NCBI GenBank assembly: GCA_945902215.1
Contig: CAMDML010000007.1
Location: forward strand, 4,178 to 68,177
Length of the DNA: 64,000 nt
DNA from: Klebsiella pneumoniae
Lineage (GTDB): Bacteria > Pseudomonadota > Gammaproteobacteria > Pseudomonadales > Pseudohongiellaceae
Reading direction: 5' to 3'
Shown here piece by piece: positions 35,408 to 47,292 of the stretch; the stretch's first letter is position 1, and each line of letters opens with the position of its first letter. Both the position numbers and the translations under genes were made by a program. The notes beneath the pieces are model-generated. The model was not told where the DNA came from. It did not search any database and saw nothing but the letters and a program-made list of their open reading frames with translations.

Positions 35408-36586
35408 TTATTCCACAGCCTGCAATTCCAGGATTTCAACGGGGCTGATCATGTCGCCCACGGTGTTGCTCAAAGCATTGCGCTCGTATGTGATGACCGC
35501 GGCCAGATCGATCGGGCTGAGCTGGGCGCCGTATGCGGCCATCGCGGTACCTGCTTTGCCGTTGAGCACGATATCCACATGATCGGCAATCGGGCCGGTG
35601 GCAATCGCGCTGCCGGCCAACGCCGGGAAGGCGGGCGGCAGCCCCTGACCATTCTGCTGATGGCAGGCCATGCAATAGGTGGTGTAGACGGTTTGACCTT
35701 GGGCCACGAGCTGTTCCAGCGTGAAATCCTGGTTAGCCAGTTCGGCCACCGCTGCTGCGGCTGTTTGTTTTTCGGCAAGCCAGGCATCGAATTCAGTGGG
35801 CTCGACCACGTTCACCACGATCGGCATGAAGCCGTGGTTCTGTCCGCACAATTCGGTGCATTGGCCCCGGAAGGTGCCGGTTTGCTCGGCTAAGACCCAG
35901 GATTCATTGATGAAGCCCGGAACCGCATCTTTTTTCACGGCAAAGTCCGGCACCCACCAGGAGTGGATCACATCAGCCGACGTCAGCAGGAAGCGGACTT
36001 TCCGGTTGGCGGGAATTACCAACGGCTCATCGACTTCGAGCAGATAGTTCTCGCCCTTGGCGGCGACGTTGTTGATTTGCTCTTCCGGCGTGGCCAGATT
36101 ACTGAAGAACACAACTTCTTCGCCCTCTTCGGTCAGATAGCGGTACTGCCAACGCCATTGGTAACCAGTAATCAGGATGTCGAGCTCGGCTTCAGACGAG
36201 TCGTAAATGCTGGTGAGCACTTGCGTGGATGGAATAGCCATGCCGATCAGGATCACAAAGGGGATGACGGTCCAGATGACTTCTAACTTGGTGCTGTGGT
36301 TGAAGGTGGCGGGTACGGCGCCTTTGGATTTGCGGTATTTGAATAGCGACCAAGCCAACACGCCGTATACGACGATGCCTATCAACACGCAGATGATGAA
36401 AATGGTCATATGCAGGCTGTAGGTATCACGGCTTATGCTGGTGATGCCTTCCGGCATGTTCAGTTCCCAGTCTGCGAGCGCTGCATTACTGGTCAATTCC
36501 AGCACCAGAGCCAGTAACGCCGTCAACAATCCCAACCACACTTTGTTCTTGGGCCGCATGTGCCGTTTCTCCACGTCTTTGTTCAT
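35408..36586 (-). CDS. coxB: Cytochrome c oxidase subunit II with fused cytochrome c domain
   Basis: DVIHSWW, CuA motif CTELCGQNHGFM, C-terminal CMACH. Start may be 36559. Confidence 0.96.
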   Translation of the reverse strand: MNKDVEKRHMRPKNKVWLGLLTALLALVLELTSNAALADWELNMPEGITSISRDTYSLHMTIFIICVLIGIVVYGVLAWSLFKYRKSKGAVPATFNHSTKLEVIWTVIPFVILIGMAIPSTQVLTSIYDSSEAELDILITGYQWRWQYRYLTEEGEEVVFFSNLATPEEQINNVAAKGENYLLEVDEPLVIPANRKVRFLLTSADVIHSWWVPDFAVKKDAVPGFINESWVLAEQTGTFRGQCTELCGQNHGFMPIVVNVVEPTEFDAWLAEKQTAAAAVAELANQDFTLEQLVAQGQTVYTTYCMACHQQNGQGLPPAFPALAGSAIATGPIADHVDIVLNGKAGTAMAAYGAQLSPIDLAAVITYERNALSNTVGDMISPVEILELQAVE

Positions 36587-36927
36587 TCTTGACTGTTGGT
36601 CTCGCTTTTCACGAATTATCTATACGCACAGGTGCGTAGAACCGCGCTGTCTTTTTAGTAAAAAAAACAAAACGCAGGCCAAACAAAAGCCCGAGGCGGC
36701 CGATGGCCGTCTCAAGATCCCCTAACTGTTGTTTTTATTTTTTGTTTATGAGGAGCCGCGCCTGACTACTGGCGCTGCTCTCATGCGTACTGCCGTCCAT
36801 CGCACCTGGATGTCCAGGATTTGAGACTCCGCACCGGGGCTCTTCTTTTAAGGTGCTCAAAGAAGCACAACGCCCGACGAAGGTTTCGCACGTGTATTGC
36901 TTTCAACTGCGTGCTCTAGCGGTGGAG

Positions 36928-36936
36928 ATTATAGCA
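36928..36936 (-). promoter_or_regulatory. Candidate extended -10 promoter of the cox operon
   Basis: TGCTATAAT on the minus strand, about 340 nt upstream of coxB. Confidence 0.5.
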
Positions 36937-37084
36937 GCAAGACCGGCGCCGCTGTCATCCAATCAGCCCGCATTTGCGCTGATGTGCATCAAATTTCCTT
37001 ACTGTAGTTCGCCCCCCTTCGCTGTCCTTCCCAGGCAGCCTTGGCTAGAATCGCTGCCGCCGGCCACTCCGGAGGAAGCCACCC

Positions 37085-37630
37085 ATGACCATTCGTACCT
37101 TTCTCAACTATTCTCCCGTGCTGGGCGATCGTGTGTTTGTTGACGCTAGTGCAGTGGTAATTGGTCGCGTACGGTTGGGAGCGGACGTGTCGGTGTGGCC
37201 GCTAACCGCGATTCGTGGCGACGTTAATGATATTGCCGTGGGCGACCGCACCAACATTCAGGACGGCTCGGTGCTGCACAATACTTCGGCATCATCATCA
37301 CCCCCTCATGGCTTTCCGCTCGTGGTCGGCCGTGATGTGACTATAGGCCACAAGGTGATTCTGCATGGCTGCACCATCGGCGACCGGGTGCTGGTCGGCA
37401 TGGGCTCAATCATCATGGATGGCGCCGTAGTCGAGTCTGATGTCATCGTCGGCGCGGGCAGCGTGGTGACACCGGGCAAGGTGCTGGCGTCAGGCGGACT
37501 GTATGTTGGCGCTCCGGTCAAACGTGTGCGCGATCTGCGCCCGGAAGAGCTGGAGTTTCTGGGTTACAGCGCCGGGCATTATGTGAAGCTGAAGGATTTG
37601 CATCTCAGCTCCTCCGCAACGCTGAAATAG
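37085..37630 (+). CDS. Gamma carbonic anhydrase family protein (YrdA-like)
   Basis: IRGDVN, TNIQDGSVLH, TIGHKVILHGC and hexapeptide repeats. Confidence 0.93.
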   Translation: MTIRTFLNYSPVLGDRVFVDASAVVIGRVRLGADVSVWPLTAIRGDVNDIAVGDRTNIQDGSVLHNTSASSSPPHGFPLVVGRDVTIGHKVILHGCTIGDRVLVGMGSIIMDGAVVESDVIVGAGSVVTPGKVLASGGLYVGAPVKRVRDLRPEELEFLGYSAGHYVKLKDLHLSSSATLK

Positions 37631-37648
37631 TTCACGCGCTGAAATAAC

Positions 37649-38467
37649 TCAGCACTTCCGCATTTCTGCGAGCACCGCGGCGGTATTCGGCAGCACGCCG
37701 CGCCAGAGCAGGAAAGCCTCCGCCGCCTGCTCTACCAGCATCCCTAGCCCATCCAGCGCTTTATGCGCACCGTTCTGCTGTGCCCAGCGACAAAATATTG
37801 TCGGCTCACTGCCGTACATGAGGTCGTAGCACCAGCTCTCTTGATGTAGCAGGCCCGCCGGCAACGGCGGCAGTTCACCTTGCAGGCTGGCTGCTGTGGC
37901 ATTGATGACCCAGTCGAAGGTCTGCCCATTCAGCGCCTCGAACCCACAGGGTGACACGGAACCGTGGCCGCTGAACAAGGTGGCAAGCTGTTCGGCCTTG
38001 CTGGCCGTGCGATTGGCAATGCAGATGCGCGCCGGCTGCTGTTGCAACAAAGGCAGCAGAATGCCACGCGTGGCGCCGCCGGCGCCCAGCACCAGAATTG
38101 ACGCGCCTCTGAGATGCCCGCCATGGTTCTGCATGATGTCGCGTACAAGACCAGTGCCATCGGTGTTGTGGCCATGCACGCTGCCATCGGCATTCTGCAA
38201 CAGCGTGTTCACCGCACCAGCCAGCTCAGCCTGCTGTGAGCGCACTCCCGCCAGCTCCCAGGCTTCTTGTTTGAACGGCACAGTGATATTCAGGCCTTTA
38301 CCGCCTTCTGCAAAGAACTGCAGGGCGCGCGCAGGAAAGGTGCCCGGCTCAACGAGCAGCGCGCGGTAATCAAGATTCTGTCCGGTCTGTTCGGCGAATG
38401 CGGCGTGAATGTACGGCGATTTGCTGTGGGCTACGGGATAACCCATCACGGCATAGTGGTCGGTCAC
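37649..38467 (-). CDS. aroE: Shikimate dehydrogenase
   Basis: HSKSP.IH, NITVPFK, GAVNT, NTDG, GAGGA and DGLGMLVEQAA motifs. Confidence 0.97.
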   Translation of the reverse strand: MTDHYAVMGYPVAHSKSPYIHAAFAEQTGQNLDYRALLVEPGTFPARALQFFAEGGKGLNITVPFKQEAWELAGVRSQQAELAGAVNTLLQNADGSVHGHNTDGTGLVRDIMQNHGGHLRGASILVLGAGGATRGILLPLLQQQPARICIANRTASKAEQLATLFSGHGSVSPCGFEALNGQTFDWVINATAASLQGELPPLPAGLLHQESWCYDLMYGSEPTIFCRWAQQNGAHKALDGLGMLVEQAAEAFLLWRGVLPNTAAVLAEMRKC

Positions 38468-38506
38468 TGACTGAATCCTTCGCCGCTCTTGCAGCGCGTT
38501 GAAAAG

Positions 38507-40044
<1,538 letters not shown>

Positions 40045-40082
40045 GGTGCCGCTCCGTTACTGCCGCGTATTTTGGCATTCCC

Positions 40083-41051
40083 TTACGGCGTGGACAAAAC
40101 ATATCCATCGCCGCGGTTGTGAATGAAGCCGCCCAGTTCGAGTTTCATCAAATGGCTATAGAGGGCGGTGAGCTCACAGCCACTGCGCTGCAGCAGTGTA
40201 TCGACCGAAACCGGATCATAGGCGATGTGCTTAAGTACATCCCGCAACGGCTTGGTGAGCGCGCCTCTTTTGCCCTCCGCTTCCTGCGTTGCAACCCGTT
40301 CTTGCTCCCAGTGCAGTAGTGCCGGAACTTCATCCAGAATATCAGCCACGTTTTCCACCAGCTTTGCGCCCTGCCGGATGAGCCGATGACAGCCACGCAC
40401 CATCGGGTTATGAATGGAGCCGGGCAAAGCAAACACTTCACGGCCCTGCTCCCCCGCGAGTCGCGCGGTAATCAGCGAGCCACTTTGCTCTGCCGCTTCA
40501 ACCACGAGCACGCCGTGCGCCAAGCCGCTGATGATCCGGTTACGCAGCGGGAAATTAGATGGATAACTCGGGACCTCCGGCATGAACTCGGAAACCACTG
40601 CGCCGCGTTCCGCAATTTTGCCCGCCAGCGCTGTATTTTTTTCGGGATAGATCCGCTCGAGCCCGGAGCCGAGCACAGCAATTGTCACGCCGTTGCACTC
40701 GAGCGTTCCACGATGCGCTTCGGTATCAATGCCCTGTGCCAATCCGCTCGTCACCACATACCCCGCCGCGCTCAGCCCGGCGGCAAATAGCCGCGCATTC
40801 TTGCACCCATCGGCCGTGGGGTTGCGGCTGCCAACAATGCCAATTTGCGGCAGAGCGAGCACTTCAATATTGCCGCACACAAACAACACGGGCGGCGGAT
40901 CGGCGATTTCGCGCAACAGTGGTGGGTAATGCGGATGATCGAGGGGCAGCAAATGCCGGCCAGGCTGTTCTGCCCAGCGCAGGCAGGCGGCGCGTTCTTG
41001 CGGGGAGTAGTCCGGCCATGGCCGGGATTCCGGAGAGGTCATGCTGATCAT
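40083..41051 (-). CDS. dprA: DNA processing protein DprA (short N-terminus)
   Basis: YPPLL.EI.DPP, IVGSR, SGLA.GID..AH, FP.RNRIISGL, SGSLITA and a C-terminal winged helix. Confidence 0.95.
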   Translation of the reverse strand: MISMTSPESRPWPDYSPQERAACLRWAEQPGRHLLPLDHPHYPPLLREIADPPPVLFVCGNIEVLALPQIGIVGSRNPTADGCKNARLFAAGLSAAGYVVTSGLAQGIDTEAHRGTLECNGVTIAVLGSGLERIYPEKNTALAGKIAERGAVVSEFMPEVPSYPSNFPLRNRIISGLAHGVLVVEAAEQSGSLITARLAGEQGREVFALPGSIHNPMVRGCHRLIRQGAKLVENVADILDEVPALLHWEQERVATQEAEGKRGALTKPLRDVLKHIAYDPVSVDTLLQRSGCELTALYSHLMKLELGGFIHNRGDGYVLSTP

Positions 41052-41106
41052 CCTTGATCCTGGGGGGGTGTTTATTCCGTTGCCTATTCCGTTGCCTATC
41101 CGTTGC

Positions 41107-42249
41107 CTACTCCGGTGTGACGGCCCGATCTTCCATGCGAATTTCGCGCGAACTGTCGAGAACCACACCAAGACTTGCATTATCGAACACCCGGTAGACT
41201 AGTACCGTGGCGATGTTTTTGCCAGAAAATGTTGCCTCGCCCGAACCCGCAAAACCTATCAAATGTACGAGCCCCTGCCAGAGACTGCGCTTGCCGATCC
41301 GATCATCGACAACTTCAGCCGGCTCCTGGACGGTGAGCAAGTGGCCCACCGCGATGCCCTTGTCAGTGCCAGCATTGAGTATCAGCGTGTCATAAATCCC
41401 TGCGATGGTATGGCTGGCTCCGAAACTGACTATGGCGGCATCCACCGGGAACGAGGGCGGGGCCGGCATGAGGGACGCATCAAGAGTGGCGCCGGTACGG
41501 GGAATCAGGCGGTCACCTTCGCGGATTTCCATGTTACTGCTGGTGATGGCAAGTACCGCTTCACTGAAGTCACTGCGGGTGAGCGTTGCGGTGCCCACTT
41601 GCAGCGCCTCAATACCCAGATCGTCGCCCGTATCAGGATCTTCGAGATCGCGGCCAGGACGCACAATATCGTAAACAGCAACTCCTTCTGACCAAGTGCC
41701 GCGGGCCAGTGCTTCATGGCCTGCGGCCAAGATGGTGCGGCCTTCGCGGCCACTAAGTATGTATGGCGCATCCTCAAACAGATCATCGCTAACCACGTAG
41801 TCTGCACTGAGATAGGCGCTGATTTCTTCCAGAGGAATTGCGGCAATCGGTCGTGGCTGCGATGGGTTCGTCAGCAACTCGCGCCGGACCTGGGGGGAAA
41901 GTCGAACAGTGCGCATCTCAGGCACATCGCCGCGGCTGAGCCGCAACACTGGGCTGCCGTCGACATAGGCGAGTTCAATAACATCACCCGGGTAAATCAA
42001 ATCAGGATCGGAGATCTGGGGATTGATCTGCCAGACTTCGGGCCAGAGCCAGGGCTCTTCGAGGAACATGCCGGCGATGTCCCAGAGGGTATCGCCTTCT
42101 TTTACTGTGTACTCACCGGGAGAGTTCTCACGGATATTCACCTCCGCGCTCCACGCTGGCGTCAGCCACAACAGAGCTGCCAGACCCAAGATGAGGGGTG
42201 CTTTTCCAGCAACTTTTCCTTTACCTGCGGCTGTGGACAAGCGTGGCAT
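41107..42249 (-). CDS. LysM peptidoglycan-binding protein (TsaP-like)
   Basis: Signal peptide and YTVKEGDTLWDIA..FL..PW.WPEVW..NPQI.DPDLIYPGD. Conserved position between def and dprA. Confidence 0.9.
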   Translation of the reverse strand: MPRLSTAAGKGKVAGKAPLILGLAALLWLTPAWSAEVNIRENSPGEYTVKEGDTLWDIAGMFLEEPWLWPEVWQINPQISDPDLIYPGDVIELAYVDGSPVLRLSRGDVPEMRTVRLSPQVRRELLTNPSQPRPIAAIPLEEISAYLSADYVVSDDLFEDAPYILSGREGRTILAAGHEALARGTWSEGVAVYDIVRPGRDLEDPDTGDDLGIEALQVGTATLTRSDFSEAVLAITSSNMEIREGDRLIPRTGATLDASLMPAPPSFPVDAAIVSFGASHTIAGIYDTLILNAGTDKGIAVGHLLTVQEPAEVVDDRIGKRSLWQGLVHLIGFAGSGEATFSGKNIATVLVYRVFDNASLGVVLDSSREIRMEDRAVTPE

Positions 42250-42451
42250 GGACTTTCTCCGTCGATCCAAAAACCCGCGATATAATAACAATAAGTTATG
42301 CCCTTATATAGGCTTAGGCCAAATTCATTAGGTAATTTGTCACCATTTTGTGAGCCATGCCCGGCTTTGCTTTGCGCTGGCCTGCCGTAACAACACCCTC
42401 TGAATTCGCGTATCATTCCCCTTTATTTGCCCCTAGTTCGTCGTTGTAGTC

Positions 42452-42964
42452 ATGAGCCTGCTGACCATTCTGGAATACCCTGACCTGCGCCTGCGCAAGC
42501 GCGCCACCCCCGTCAAGGAGGTGGACGACGCCATGCGCAGCCTGATCGACGACATGTTTGAAACGATGTATCAGGCTCCTGGAATCGGGCTCGCTGCCAC
42601 CCAGGTCGATGTGCACAAGCGGCTGCTGGTGCTCGATGTGTCGGAAAATAAGGACGCGCCACTGGTGTTCATCAACCCCGAAGTCGAGGTTCTGGACCCC
42701 GAGCCACTGGGTTATGAAGAAGGCTGTCTGTCGGTGCCGGGTTACTTTGATCTCGTCACTCGCCCGAAAAAAGTCAGGGTGAAAGCGCTCGACCGCGATG
42801 GGAGGCCCTTTGAAATGGAGCTCGAGGGTTTGCTTGCTGTCTGCGTACAGCACGAGATTGATCACCTCGACGGCAAGCTGTTTGTCGACTATTTGTCGAT
42901 CCTCAAGCGCCAGCGCATTAAGCACAAATTGCTCAAGGAACAGAAGCAGAAGGCCAGCGCATGA
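42452..42964 (+). CDS. def: Peptide deformylase
   Basis: [13 protein letters not shown] and QHEIDHLDG motifs. Confidence 0.98.
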   Translation: MSLLTILEYPDLRLRKRATPVKEVDDAMRSLIDDMFETMYQAPGIGLAATQVDVHKRLLVLDVSENKDAPLVFINPEVEVLDPEPLGYEEGCLSVPGYFDLVTRPKKVRVKALDRDGRPFEMELEGLLAVCVQHEIDHLDGKLFVDYLSILKRQRIKHKLLKEQKQKASA

Positions 42965-42995
42965 GGGCGGGTCTGTTCTGACCCGAGGTCCCGCC

Positions 42996-43967
42996 ATGCC
43001 AGCCAGTAAGCTTCGCTTCGTTTTCGCCGGAACCCCTGATTTCGCCGCTCGCCATTTGGCTCATCTGTTGCAGCAAGGGCATCATGTTGTTAGTGCTTAC
43101 TCTCAGCCAGATAGGCCGTCTGGAAGGGGCAAGAAGCTGGCCCCCACGCCCGTTAAGGCTTTGGCTGAAAGCCATGGCATCCCTGTTAGACAGCCCCCCG
43201 CTCTTGATCAACCTGCCCTCGCTGAACTGGCCGCCCTTAAGCCAGACTTGATAATCGTCGTAGCGTATGGGCTGTTACTGCCACCTGCCGCACTCGCCCT
43301 GCCTCGTCTCGGTTGCATCAACGTACACGCCTCACTTCTGCCGCGGTGGCGCGGCGCGGCCCCGATTGAACGCGCCATTCTGGAAGGCGACCGGGAGACC
43401 GGGATTAGCATCATGCAGATGGATGCCGGACTTGATACCGGGGCGGTGCTCGCCACAGCGGCGACTCCGATCAGCGCGAGCGACAACAGCGAAACGTTGA
43501 CGGAACGTCTGGTGAGCTTCGGGTGCGAAACCTTAAGCGCAGTGCTGGATCAGCTCGCTGCCGGCACTGCCAAGGCCGTTCCCCAGAATGCGACGCTAGC
43601 AACCTATGCGCGCAAACTACGCAAGGATGATGCCGGAATAATCTGGGAAGGCAGTGCGGCTTATATTCACAATCAGGTTCGTGCGTTATATCCGCGTTCG
43701 CCGGCTTATTGTCTTTACCAGGGACAACGGTTACGCATCCTGCGTACACGCATGATTCCAGGGGTGCTCTCTGCCAAGCCTGGAACAATCATCGAAATGG
43801 CGGAAGATGTGATGGCCGTCGCGTGCGGAGATGGAGCTCTGGAAATCCGCCTGATTCAAATGGAAGGCAAAACCCCGATGACCTTGCGCGAACTGCTCAA
43901 CGGTCGCCCCGGCTATTTCAAGCCCGGTACTCTGCTCTTATCGGCTTCGCAACATGCCCCGGAGTGA
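42996..43967 (+). CDS. fmt: Methionyl-tRNA formyltransferase
   Basis: FAGTPDFA, NVHASLLPRWRGAAPI and GLDTG motifs. Confidence 0.97.
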   Translation: MPASKLRFVFAGTPDFAARHLAHLLQQGHHVVSAYSQPDRPSGRGKKLAPTPVKALAESHGIPVRQPPALDQPALAELAALKPDLIIVVAYGLLLPPAALALPRLGCINVHASLLPRWRGAAPIERAILEGDRETGISIMQMDAGLDTGAVLATAATPISASDNSETLTERLVSFGCETLSAVLDQLAAGTAKAVPQNATLATYARKLRKDDAGIIWEGSAAYIHNQVRALYPRSPAYCLYQGQRLRILRTRMIPGVLSAKPGTIIEMAEDVMAVACGDGALEIRLIQMEGKTPMTLRELLNGRPGYFKPGTLLLSASQHAPE

Positions 43968-45246
43968 GCGGCAGCAGGCCTGCGCAATCCTCGAACCCAT
44001 CTTTCGCGGTGTCGGCTCGCTAGCGCAGGCTTTCGGCTCCGGCTGGAGCGCGCCCGCAGAACTCAGCGCGGCGCTGATTCAGGAGCTCAGTTATGGCGTA
44101 TGCCGTTGGCATCACCGCCTGCAGTTTTATGCGCAAGTCTTGCTTGAAAAACCATTGCGCGCGAAGGACAGCGATGTCCACTGTCTGATCCTGATCGGGT
44201 TGTATCAACTTTTTTACTTGCGCATACCGGCGCACGCAGCGATCCACGAAACAGTGGAAGATGCAGCGCTACTCGGTAAGCCCTGGGCGAAAAGTCTGGT
44301 CAATGCGGTATTGCGTGAAGCGCAGCGGCAACGCGAGGATCTGCTTGCGCGGGCAGAGCGCGACTATTCTGTGTGGTATTCGCATCCCGAGTGGTTGCTG
44401 AAACGACTGAAACAGGATTGGCCTGCGGACTATCGGGCAATCCTTGACGCAAATAATGCGCGCGCGCCGATGACGCTGCGGGTGAATCTGCACAAAATTT
44501 CTCGGCGCGAATATGCCGCGCTTTTACAGCAACATGGTCTGCCTGCGCGTGAAAGCATGTTAGCCGCGACCGCGTTGATGCTCGATGCGCCGTGCGATGT
44601 GCGAACCTTGCCAGGCTTTGCGGAGGGGCTAGTCAGTGTGCAGGACGAAGCCTCGCAGCTTGTTGCGCAGCTGCTGCCGCTGGCGCCAGGCTTGCGTGTG
44701 CTCGATGCCTGCGCCGCGCCAGGAGGCAAAACCTGCGCGCTACTTGAAGCAGAATCCAGTTTGACTATTCTTGCTCTCGATAAAGAAGAGCGGCGCTTGC
44801 CCAGAATGCGTGACAACCTGGCGCGCCTGGGTCAGCAGGCAGACGTGCGCTGCGGAGATATCACCACCGCGTCTTTTCCGGTGGAAAGCTTCGACCGTAT
44901 TTTGTTGGATGTTCCCTGCTCCGCTACCGGCGTGGTCAGGCGCCATCCCGACATCAAACTACTACGCACGGAAGCCGAAGTGACCGCACTGTGCCGGACA
45001 CAGCAAGCCCTGCTGCGCGCCGCATGGCCACTGCTCGCGCCGGGTGGCTATTTGTTGTATTCCACCTGCTCTGTGCTCGCGGAAGAAAATCATTGCCAGA
45101 TCGAGCGTTTTCTCGCGGAGCAGCCGACTGCAAAAATACAGCCTCTTGAAATCCCGGCGGCACGGCCTTGTGCCGCCGGCCTGCAACTGTTGCCCACTGA
45201 CGGGGGGCATGATGGTTTTTACTATGCTCTGCTGAAGAAAGGCTGA
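43954..45246 (+). CDS. rsmB: 16S rRNA m5C967 methyltransferase
   Basis: NusB-like N-domain, VQDEASQ, DACAAPGGKT, DVPCS.TG..RRHPD and YSTCS motifs. Confidence 0.96.
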   Translation: MPRSERQQACAILEPIFRGVGSLAQAFGSGWSAPAELSAALIQELSYGVCRWHHRLQFYAQVLLEKPLRAKDSDVHCLILIGLYQLFYLRIPAHAAIHETVEDAALLGKPWAKSLVNAVLREAQRQREDLLARAERDYSVWYSHPEWLLKRLKQDWPADYRAILDANNARAPMTLRVNLHKISRREYAALLQQHGLPARESMLAATALMLDAPCDVRTLPGFAEGLVSVQDEASQLVAQLLPLAPGLRVLDACAAPGGKTCALLEAESSLTILALDKEERRLPRMRDNLARLGQQADVRCGDITTASFPVESFDRILLDVPCSATGVVRRHPDIKLLRTEAEVTALCRTQQALLRAAWPLLAPGGYLLYSTCSVLAEENHCQIERFLAEQPTAKIQPLEIPAARPCAAGLQLLPTDGGHDGFYYALLKKG

Positions 45247-45265
45247 TCCTTTTTGTTCAGGGGGC

Positions 45266-46153
45266 CTAATAGGGGCGTTGTCGACCTTCCGGCTGCCGTT
45301 TGAAGCGCTTGTATTCCCATTGGTATTGCTCCGGTATGCCTGCCATCAGGGCTTCGACACTGCGGTTCATGCCCGCCAAAGCCGTTAGAATATGCTCGGC
45401 ATATGCCTCGGACTCCGGGGCCTTAAACACGATCGTAAACCCATGCTTTATTCCTGGCTCCCGCCGAGCAAAGCCCATAACAATGCGCGCCCCGGTTTTC
45501 TGTTGCAGCCGGCAGGCCAGCGTCATGGTCAGGGCGGGGACACCAAACAGAGGTGCAAATTCGCCACCGCTGTTGGGGGGAACCTGATCCGGGAGAATGC
45601 CGACCAGCTCGCCGCGTCGTAACGCCTGCAACAACTCACCCACCCCCTTGGTGTCCGTAGCGGCCATGCGCGCTCCGGCGCGGCTGCGGGCCTGATGGAT
45701 TAGCGCATCCAGCAGCGGGCTATCCGGTGCCTGATACAGCTGACTGCTCTGTCCGCAGCCGCAAGCGCTCAGGTACAAGCCGAAGATTTCCCAATTGCCC
45801 AAATGCGGGGCAAGGACGATAACACCGCGGCCGTGTGCATGTGCCTCCTGCAACAGCTCTAGTCCTTCGACCCGGTGGACCAGGCTCAGCGTGCGCGCTA
45901 TAGGCCATAGCCAGATTGCACCGGATTCAGCGACCGTCATAAAGGTGTGGCGCAGACTTTGCCGTGCGAGCGAGTTACGTTCTGCTGCGCTCAGGCCGGG
46001 AAAACACAATTCAAGATTGATTGCGGTTGTGCGCGCCATGCGCCGCCGGGACAGCCAGCACAAATCACCCAGCCACATGCCAATGATGCGTGCCATACGC
46101 AGCGGCAACCGCGACAACAAGTGCAGCAGAACGACGGCGAGACGCGCCTTCAT
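45266..46153 (-). CDS. Lipid A late acyltransferase (LpxL/HtrB family)
   Basis: HLGNWE, ILPDQ and PEQYQWEYKRFK motifs. Confidence 0.9.
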   Translation of the reverse strand: MKARLAVVLLHLLSRLPLRMARIIGMWLGDLCWLSRRRMARTTAINLELCFPGLSAAERNSLARQSLRHTFMTVAESGAIWLWPIARTLSLVHRVEGLELLQEAHAHGRGVIVLAPHLGNWEIFGLYLSACGCGQSSQLYQAPDSPLLDALIHQARSRAGARMAATDTKGVGELLQALRRGELVGILPDQVPPNSGGEFAPLFGVPALTMTLACRLQQKTGARIVMGFARREPGIKHGFTIVFKAPESEAYAEHILTALAGMNRSVEALMAGIPEQYQWEYKRFKRQPEGRQRPY

Positions 46154-46323
46154 GCTGGATGTGCGTTTTCGGCAATCATGATCAGGTGATTTTGCTCAGA
46201 CCTGAAGGGGGGTTTGCTCTCGCCATCATCCGGGCTTTTCAGGATAATGGCGGCCTTTTTGTCACTTCTGTATTTTTGCTATTGCCGTAATGGTACCCGA
46301 ACAGGGGCCGCCTGGAGTCTTTT

Positions 46324-47292
46324 TTGTCCTCTCAAGCAAGCAAGCCTGATGTATCGACGTTTCAGGGTCTGATCCTCGCGCTGCAACAATTCTGGGCCGA
46401 CAACGGCTGCGTACTCATCCAGCCTCTCGACATCGAAGTTGGCGCCGGCACTTTTCACCCGGCGACCTTTCTGCGTGCGATCGGCCCCGAAAGCTGGAAC
46501 ACGGCCTATGTCCAGCCGTGTCGGCGACCCAGCGACAGCCGCTATGGTGAAAACCCGATGCGCCTGCAACATTACTATCAGTTCCAGGTGCTGCTCAAAC
46601 CGTCGCCGCTCAATATCCAGGATATGTATCTGCAGTCTCTGCACCACCTCGGCATCGACACCCGTATTCATGACATCCGCTTTGTTGAAGACAATTGGGA
46701 GTCGCCAACGCTGGGTGCGTGGGGGCTGGGCTGGGAGGTGTGGCTGAACGGCATGGAGGTCACGCAGTTCACGTATTTCCAGCAGGTGGGCGGACTGGAG
46801 TGCTATCCGGTCAGTGGTGAGATCACTTACGGGCTCGAGCGCATTGCGATGTATTTGCAGGGCAAAAACAGCATCTTCGACATCGTCTGGGCGCATACAC
46901 CGAACGGCACCGTGACCTACGGCGATGTGTTCCGCCAGAATGAAGTCGAGATGTCTGGCTACAACTTTGAACACGCCAACACCGACAACCTGTTCAGATA
47001 TTTCGGTGACTGCGAAACGCAGTGCCAGCATCTGATCGAAACCAAGCTGGTGTTGCCCGCCTATGAACAAGTGCTGAAGGCCTCGCACTATTTCAATATG
47101 CTCGATGCGCGCTCAGCGATTTCCGTCACCGAACGGCAGCGCTACATTCTTAGAGTGCGCACTCTGGCGCGCGAAGTGGCGCAGGCCTATTACGCTTCGC
47201 GCGCGCGGCTTAAGTTCCCGCTTGCGCCTGAAGCGCTGCGCACCGAGTGTCTGACGAAATGGCAAGAAGCGAACCCGGAGAAGAGCGTATGA
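46324..47292 (+). CDS. glyQ: Glycine-tRNA ligase alpha subunit
   Basis: [30 protein letters not shown] and EITYGLER motifs. TTG start is uncertain. Confidence 0.98.
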   Translation: MSSQASKPDVSTFQGLILALQQFWADNGCVLIQPLDIEVGAGTFHPATFLRAIGPESWNTAYVQPCRRPSDSRYGENPMRLQHYYQFQVLLKPSPLNIQDMYLQSLHHLGIDTRIHDIRFVEDNWESPTLGAWGLGWEVWLNGMEVTQFTYFQQVGGLECYPVSGEITYGLERIAMYLQGKNSIFDIVWAHTPNGTVTYGDVFRQNEVEMSGYNFEHANTDNLFRYFGDCETQCQHLIETKLVLPAYEQVLKASHYFNMLDARSAISVTERQRYILRVRTLAREVAQAYYASRARLKFPLAPEALRTECLTKWQEANPEKSV

